Of a stretch of DNA of 23,863 bases, positions 16,671-23,863 are shown one piece after another. A program made the translations under genes and the position numbers. The notes under the pieces are model-generated. The model was not told where the DNA came from, searched no databases, and saw only the letters and a program-made list of their open reading frames with translations. Origin of the DNA: a virus (Duplodnaviria > Heunggongvirae > Uroviricota > Caudoviricetes); the IMG/VR virus record IMGVR_UViG_2534682349_000001. One strand, written 5' to 3'. How positions within the stretch are numbered: position 1 is the stretch's first letter; every line of letters begins with the position of its first letter.

Positions 16671-17777
16671 ATGTCTACTTATGGTTTAAAGGATGCGTCA
16701 AATATTACATTCGTAAAGCGTGGTACTACTACGCCTGTTCTGCATATTGATTACGCAAATCAAACCAATACTCAATGGCAATCAAACCGTGTTTACGCAA
16801 AGAAGAAAGGTACTAATGCAATTGCATGGGACTCTGCGCGAACGGGTAAATTGACTATTCAAACAGAAATGTTCGATCTTCGACTATTAGCAATGATGGC
16901 AGGGGACGATGATTTACATAAAGGAACTAACACAATCTTTAAGCGGAAAGTCTTCCAATTGAGAAGTGATCGTTTAATCGATTTGGGTGCAAAGCCGGTA
17001 GAAGGTTCTGTATCAGTATTCCGTGTTGATGATGCGGATAAGCGTGAACACATTACAGAAATTCCTATGTTAGTCTCTGGTGATGCTGGATCAGTTCCTC
17101 CAATGGTGGCCGACGTTGCTGTATCTGCGAAGGATACTACTGCAACAATTACTTGGAGTGCTGCAAATAATGCAACAAGTTACGTTGTGTACCGTAATGG
17201 TGTAGCAGTTGGTTATCCTGTTACAACTTCATTTAGCGACTCAAACTTAACTCCTGAAACTGAATACAAGTACACCGTTGTTGCCAAGAACACAGCAGGT
17301 CAATCTGTACAGTCTGCGGAAGTTGTAGTTACTACTGCAACTAGTGGAACTACAGAAGCGGGAGCTGCCGTTAAAGCAACGGAAGATGCTGTTAAGAAGG
17401 CGCAAGAAAATGCAAGTGGCGCAAATCTTAATGGACTTTACTTCAAGATGACTGAAGGTGGCAATGGTATTCAGCTTTCTGATGAAGCTGTCGTAGGGGC
17501 TGCATATGCAGTTTACTACGTTGTTAAGCAAGACGGTGTATCTTCATACACTATCAATGCTTTGAAGTTTGCAAAAAACTACGAAATCTTTGCTGATGCA
17601 GTAATTCGTTCCGAAGTTGGTGAAGATAAGTTTGCCCAAATTCACTTTACTAATGTAAAGCCAGCTGCAAACGTAACATTCAATCAGAACTCAGAGCAAG
17701 TAACATCACTTTCGTTAGAATTTGATTTACTTGCCGATGAAAAGAATGATCAAGCTATCTACAAGTACATTGAATAG
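16671..17777 (+). CDS. Major tail protein with internal fibronectin type III domain
   Basis: RBS AAAGGAG. Tube-like N- and C-termini (YGLKDASNITF..., SLEFDLL). FN3 signature TITWS...SYVVYRNG...LTPETEYKYTVVAKN at about 17097-17336. Confidence 0.75.
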   Translation: MSTYGLKDASNITFVKRGTTTPVLHIDYANQTNTQWQSNRVYAKKKGTNAIAWDSARTGKLTIQTEMFDLRLLAMMAGDDDLHKGTNTIFKRKVFQLRSDRLIDLGAKPVEGSVSVFRVDDADKREHITEIPMLVSGDAGSVPPMVADVAVSAKDTTATITWSAANNATSYVVYRNGVAVGYPVTTSFSDSNLTPETEYKYTVVAKNTAGQSVQSAEVVVTTATSGTTEAGAAVKATEDAVKKAQENASGANLNGLYFKMTEGGNGIQLSDEAVVGAAYAVYYVVKQDGVSSYTINALKFAKNYEIFADAVIRSEVGEDKFAQIHFTNVKPAANVTFNQNSEQVTSLSLEFDLLADEKNDQAIYKYIE

Positions 17778-17783
17778 CTAGCC

Positions 17784-17814
17784 GGGTAAGTGGGGTTCGA
17801 CTCCCTGCTTATCT
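17784..17814 (+). ncRNA. tRNA-minihelix-like element 3 (12-bp stem plus TTCGACT loop)
   Basis: GGGTAAGTGGGG-TTCGACT-CCCTGCTTATCT gives 12 consecutive WC/GU pairs and starts 6 nt after the major tail stop. Confidence 0.65.
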
Positions 17815-17862
17815 TTAATAAAGCGATTATATTAATCCATTTATACGGTTATGAATGGACAG

Positions 17863-17891
17863 AAAGTCCGAAACCTCGGGCTTTATTTTTT
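17863..17891 (+). terminator. Intrinsic terminator between major tail and fibre genes
   Basis: AAAGTCCGA-aacc-TCGGGCTTT followed by ATTTTTT. Confidence 0.75.
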
Positions 17892-17928
17892 CAAGAATTT
17901 ATAGATTTTACAAAAAGGGGAATCGTTG

Positions 17929-20900
17929 ATGGAGAAAACGATTAAGTATTTAGAAAACGGAGAATACCATTACGCTACAGTTCGCTCTGTTGGTGATTTG
18001 GCACAATTAAAGACTGATTCAAAGGAAACACTTGTCGAAGCCATCAACGAGCTCTGGAATGGTGGAGGTAATGCTGATCCAAGTAAAGCACCAAAACCAG
18101 AAGGCTATGACCAATTAGTTCAAGATGTTGCTGATGCTGTAAAAAATCAACAAGAAATCAGTCAACAATGGATTGAGTGGCAAAACGAAGAAGCTCAATT
18201 AACGGAAGAACGAAAACAAGCCTATCTTCAAGCTATGAAAGAAATGCAAGAGGCTATTGATAAGGCTAAAGCTGATGCGGCAGCTCTTGATGATAAGACA
18301 GCTAAATTAGACGAGCAAATCACTAAAACCTTTAGTGATCTTGATACATCAATTCAAAATATGCATGAACAGCTTCAAAAAGAAGCAGATCGCATGAATC
18401 AAGACTTGATTAATACAAAATCTGATTTAACTAAGGTTCGTACTGATTTACAAAATGCGCAAATGGATAATGGGAAAATCCATGACGAGCTAACTAATAT
18501 TAATGGAAAATTTGAGCACAAAGTTTGGCAAACAGATTTAGACCCATTAAAAGAGCAGATCGACAGAGCAGAGACCAGCGTCCAACAGACCAAAGACGAG
18601 TTACTTGGAAAGGCAAGTCGTCAAGATTTAGATACGGTAACCAATACCGTTTCTAAACTTGACACACAGTTAAAAGAAACCGCCAAAGGCGTAGAAATCA
18701 GCGTTAAGAAAGATGAGCTCGGTGGTGAAATTGCTGAGGCGTTGACTAATAAAACGAACATTTTACTAGGTACAAGAAGATTCACTACCAACAACTGGAC
18801 TCAACGAGATCATGTTGAAATATGTAGTGATCCTTGGAAAGGGTTCTTAGTAGCCAAACAAAATAGTCCAATTGAAGGTATCCAACAAGCATATGAAGCA
18901 AAAGCTGGAACCACCTATACCTTTAGTCTTTTCGCAAAGATGGATACTTTGGACGATAGTAACAAACCGCAAATTATCCTTGCCAAGAATAACCTTGATA
19001 CTAGTCTTGATACCAAGATTGATGTATGGCGTAAAGAAATTGATGACATTACCCCTGATTTCAAGAGATATGATTTAACTTTTACCCCAAGTGAAGATTG
19101 TACGATTTATCCTCATGTTATCTCAAATAGCAATAATCCTATATTCGTTTGCGGTTATCAGTTAGAAATTGGGAAAGAACTAACACCATGGGAACCCAAT
19201 CAAGAAGATGTTGGTGACTATGTAGAAAAAACTGAGGCACAATTCAATGTCTATAACGATAAAATTCAAGCCCTAACCGAAAAACAACGCCAACAAGGTG
19301 ATACCCAAGAAAAGTTACGTACAGAAGTAACGCAGACTGCTGAAGGGGTTAAACAAGTATCAGAATCCTTAAAAGATACCAATGGTGATATTACAAAGCT
19401 TCGTGGCGATCTTGAGCGAACCGCGGACCATATGAAGTCCGAGTATGAGACTTATACGAATAAAGCGGTTGGGCAAATAAGTGATAGTACATTGAACCTT
19501 ATCAGGAATAGTTCATTTCAAAATAAAGACGAAGACTTTGCGCAATGGCAAAATGTGTCCGCAAAAGCTAATGTACGTCAAGACGAGAATGGGCTACGTT
19601 GGGTTGAATTAACACAATCGGGATTAACTACTGATAATCCTCAAGGATTAACGAGTAACTACTTCAACGTCAAACAGGGTAAAGTGACTGTTGCCGTTGA
19701 TATTAAGTCTGGCGACAAAGCAACTTTAGATAATGAATCTGTTTTGTTTTTAGAACTCTATAACGATGCTAAGAAACGTGTAGATTTTAAGTTTGTTACT
19801 TTATCAGAATTAGGATTAAACAAGACTTTATTAGATGACCATAAAGTGCACCGTGGATTGTATCGTTTAGGTATCGATCGTAACGATGCAAAATATATGA
19901 CCGTTAAAGCTCATTTAATGCGTAATGGTGATTTATACTTTACTAATTTCTCTGCAAGATTGTCTTCGATTGACGATGGAGCTTATGAGCCCAATCCAGA
20001 TGATATCAACCAACAAATTCTTAAACAGAATACGAAGATTGAACAGAACGCTAAAGAAGTTGCAATTAAAGCAAATTCTGTTGACGTAACAAGAGATATC
20101 AAAAGTGCGGTTGACGGAATTCAGGTTGGTGGAGTTAACTTAATAAAAAATAGCGAAACAGATATTGTTATTGAATCGAAAACAACTGACGCTTGGCCCG
20201 CCTGGAAGTATAAGGTTATTTACTATGATCTGACTCCTGGTGAAACATATACTTTTTCTGTTTCTGCTGCTAATACTAATAATGTAAAGGACGCTTCGAT
20301 CCGTATATTTAACGAGGCACAGAATAAAGAAGCTCCGGGTAGCTTAGTCTTTCCAGCAGATGGAAAACGACACTCAACGACATTTACTCTTCCTAAAGAT
20401 GGGATAAATTATAGTGTTTATCTATATGCCGGTTGTATGGGGAATATTGAGGGTAGGGATTTTATAACGACTTATCATCACCCACAATTGGAGTTAGGGA
20501 ATAAGTCAACATCTTGGTCGCCAGCTCCTGAAGATACCTCCGCAGAAATTAAATCTGCAAAAGATGCTGCTATTAAAGTTGCAAGCGACCAAATTAATAT
20601 TCACGTTAATGAATTAACTACCTCATTTGATGACAAATTAAATAAAAGAGTCAATGAAGTCAAGACAGCCAGTGAGAAATTTACATCTGACGGTATTGAA
20701 CAAACAGTAACTAAGATTACTAATGTGAAGAATGATGTAGATAGATTGGGAGATAAGGTTAACAGTTTTGGTGGCGGAATAAATTTAGTTAAAGAAACAA
20801 GTGAATTAGAAGTTTCGGGTAAATCATACGCTATAAAAGATTATAACTTTGCAGAGCCACTTGAACCAAACACTAAATATACGATTTCGGTTGAGGCAAA

Positions 20901-23863
20901 GGTAGATCAAACAGCATTAAATCATAAGCAGTTTGTTTTTATTGATCCATATACTAATGGTTGGTCTTGGGTGTACAGATGAATTGCGCACCGGCTAATC
21001 TAAATTATCAATATTATAGATATACATTTACAACACCGGATGCTTCTAAAAAGGTTACGAATATTTCAGTATATTTAGCTCATCCAGATGGAGCAAACGG
21101 TGGAGATAAAGATAATATTTCAGGAATTGGTTATTTTAGGAAACTAAAAGTTGAAAAAGGAGAAGTAGCAACGCCTTGGACTCCTTATTCTCAGGATATT
21201 AATAAAAAAATTGACACTCAAACTTTTGATTCAGCTAATATTGACGAGATGAAGACACAGGGGCATTACTTTGTTAGAAACCTTTCTGGAAATCCTATCG
21301 GCGGATGGGTCTATGTTGATGTGACTGGGAATAATAATGATCGTATTCGTCAAGATGTATACCAAGATAATGGGTCAAAGCATATGTATCGACGAGGATT
21401 TAATGGTACATGGTCTGGCTGGGAACAAGGCGCTTATCTAAGCGATGTTAATAATGTAAAAACAGAGGTTACAGCTTCTGTTAAAAATCTTGGTGATAGG
21501 GTTACAACTCAAGTCAATTCGGTTACAACACGACAAAATAACTTTGAAAACGAAACTAAAGCGCAACATTCTAACGATGTCGAGTTAGTAAGAAAAAGCG
21601 ACTTTGAGGATGGAAGTAAAGGTAGCTGGACTGTTACTGGTGTTGTACCTGCTACTAATCCCGCACCACCGGCTGAATTAGGACAGTCTGGAATGAAAGT
21701 TCTTCAAACTAATACTCGTGATGGTTATGAAGATGGGATTTGGTATTCCGTTAAGCCAGGTGAAAAGTTTGATGTTGATTACTGGTGTGCTCCTTCACCA
21801 GCATTTCATACTACATTTGGTTTATTATTTGTAGATAAAAATAAGAATAATTATAACTGGCAGGGAATAAGTTCTGATCAGTCAGGTCAATGGAAACACT
21901 ATACTGGTACGATAACGGCGCCCGCTAATGCTTCGTTTGCTAAACCTTGGTATCAGATGGATAAGCCAGCAAACAATACAGAAAATTCGTCATGGATTGC
22001 AAAACCCCATATAAGAAGACAGAATCCGCAAGTCGAAAAAAAGATTAGTGAACTTAACACTAAATGGGACGTTGCTAACGGTCAAATTCAAGGTAAAGTT
22101 ACCGAAACACAAGTAAATAATATTTTGAACGGTAAGGGGTATGCTACGCAATCTTGGGCACAAACGATGTTTCAAATGAAAAGTGATTCCATTACATTGC
22201 AGGCTGTCAGAGATAATATTACGAACGGAATTCAGAACCAGGTAAATAATATTAATAACCGTGTAACGAATGCTCAAATTGGGGAACGTAATTTAGCGGT
22301 TGGAACTAATCGAGGAAAAGCTGGATGGTGGGTCGACCCAGGAAATGGAGCATCAAGTACTGATGTAGCTCTTCTAAATGGTGTCAAAGGTCTTCATATA
22401 AATAATACAAAGAAAAGTACATCTTGGTGGGTTGTTTGTTACCCCTTTGATATGGGGAAATTAAAACCGAACACTTATTACACAATAAGCTTTGACATAC
22501 AAACAAGTGAAAACACCAATGGTGGAGCAATAATTGACCTTGCAAGAGGTAATTCGTCTGGTAGTCCTTTTATTGAAGGACGTGGCGGGAACATTACGAC
22601 CCGTGGTGGAGAAATCACTCATATAACCCGCACTTTGAAGACAGGCAGAAATATTGAAAATAATGGGCAAGCACTTTATATAAATAGTATAGCTTTTGGT
22701 AGCTCTAATGTAGTTAACATTGCTAATTTAATGATTGTTGAAGGTACACAAAGTTCTGTTTGGAAACCAGCTCCAGAAGACCAAGGTAGTGGACAAAATC
22801 TTTTAAGAGGTACAGCTGATTTCAGTTGGCCTACTGGAATAGGAATGAATAATTCATTCGAGTTTAATTATGAGCGTTTTGATGATTCTACTATTGCCAT
22901 GCATCTTTGGAATATAAAAAGTAATGGTACGGGTATTTACACCAAATGGGGTGGAGCCTTCCCAGATGGACAGATACAAGTCGGTGAACAATATACATTC
23001 TCATTTGATGTAAAAGGTTCAGGAAAGTTTCTAACTGTAAAAAATGAAAGCGAACCTGGAAAAGGCATGCTTACGCTAGATGGAGTAAATGTCCCTAGCG
23101 AATGGGCTAGAGTGTCAGTTGCAGGAACAATTCAGGCACTCGATAAAGCATTTATTATTTATTTCGCACAAGGCGCTAACGTTTGGATAAAGAATGTAAA
23201 AATTGAACGAGGGGCGATTGCTACTCCTTGGACACCACACCCGTTTGATGATAAAGACAAAGGTGTAAATCTTCTTAAGTCTACTGCCTATTGGAATCCA
23301 GCTGACTGGAACCATATTAGTAATAATGTCTGGTATGACGATGGTTGGGTAGATAGTAGTGGACATAAAGCGTATGGACATCATACAGCATGGCAGGGAT
23401 TAGGGCAGACCGTATATGTAACTCAGGGTGTTTATACATGGAGTGCCAAGATATATCTGAACGGTTTAGATAGCAATGATTTTGTGTATCCTTATATGGG
23501 TGATGGTCAATATAATGGTACAGCACAAGTTCAAGATATCCGAAAACCTATGCTTGGTGTTAATGACCAAAATCGATGGATTAATTATAGTACAACATTT
23601 TATGTAAAAAATGCTGGTAATTTATGTGTAAGACCAGAATTAAATCGAGATCATGGGAACATTCATGTAGGATCACAAAAACTAGAACATGGAATGGTAG
23701 CTACACCATGGTCACCATCACCATATGATGACAAGACTGCAACAATAACTCTTGATTCCGCAGATATTAATAGCATGAAGACACAGGGGCATTACTTTGT
23801 TAGAAACCTTTCTGGAAATCCTATCGGCGGATGGGTCTATGTTGATGTGACTGGGAATAATAA
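17929..23863 (+). CDS. Giant tail fibre/adhesin (>1970 aa, 3' end outside window) with coiled coils, at least 8 CBM-like modules and 2 pyocin-knob-like domains; one-base frameshift at about 20968-20971
   Basis: RBS AAGGGG. N-terminal LKTDSKETLVEAINEL fibre motif and repeated NL(L/I)...LExG...ATPWxP modules. The -1 frame from 20970 is open to the window end. Confidence 0.8.
21249..23863 (+). repeat. Exact 89-bp direct repeat (21249-21337 and 23775-23863; second copy truncated by window end)
   Basis: Identical sequence encoding MKTQGHYFVRNLSGNPIGGWVYVDVTGNN, spaced 2526 bp (842 codons, in frame). Confidence 0.95.

Larger units (their letters stand above)
1..23863 (+). mobile_element. Segment of a large SPbeta/c-st-like tailed phage or prophage (replication/regulation plus morphogenesis modules)
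   Basis: Co-directional HU-terS-terL-portal-protease/scaffold-capsid-neck-major tail-fibre order. HU before the terminase and a fibre gene after the major tail gene match SPbeta-type synteny. Confidence 0.9.

Noticed and set aside
16652-16673. ATG-TAA mini-ORF before the major tail gene
   Set aside because: It is too close to the SD to initiate; probably incidental.
11626-17814. Full tRNA genes at the GGTTCGACTCC sites
   Set aside because: No D or anticodon arms and no CCA. They are reported as minihelix mimics, not tRNAs.
1181-23526. Minus-strand and alternative-frame ORFs in the track (e.g. 1181-1489, 3301-3540, 5049-5237, 8788-9429, 9108-9332, 12111-12419, 21990-23526 set)
   Set aside because: They are shadows of well-supported + strand genes or of the intron, with no RBS or recognisable motifs.
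21249-23863. Diversity-generating retroelement TR/VR pair
   Set aside because: The copies are identical with no adenine-specific mismatches, both are in frame within the CDS, and no reverse transcriptase is in the window.

Overview
The window is part of a large tailed phage or prophage. All supported genes are on the + strand. Gene order resembles Bacillus SPbeta/Clostridium c-st-like phages, and a Lactobacillaceae-like host is inferred from the AT-rich sequence and the tnpB type. From left to right: the C-terminal end of a possible replication initiator; two tandem paralogous winged-HTH genes followed by origin-like repeats; a sigma-region-4-like regulator; HU; a structured intergenic RNA region; putative terS; terL split in its Walker A motif by an ORF-less group I intron; portal; protease/scaffold with a nested start; a capsid accessory protein; major capsid; a tnpB-only IS with its omega-RNA inserted in the operon; neck and tail genes; a major tail protein with an internal FN3 domain; and a giant (>1970 aa, runs off the window) tail fibre/adhesin with at least 8 CBM-like modules. 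Two single-base frameshifts (terL, fibre) look like homopolymer errors. The most unusual signal is three intergenic tRNA-minihelix mimics (12 bp of stem plus an identical TTCGACT T-loop). They sit before HU and directly after the major capsid and major tail genes. All protein assignments come from motif recognition and synteny, and all RNA structures were folded by hand; no database search was run.
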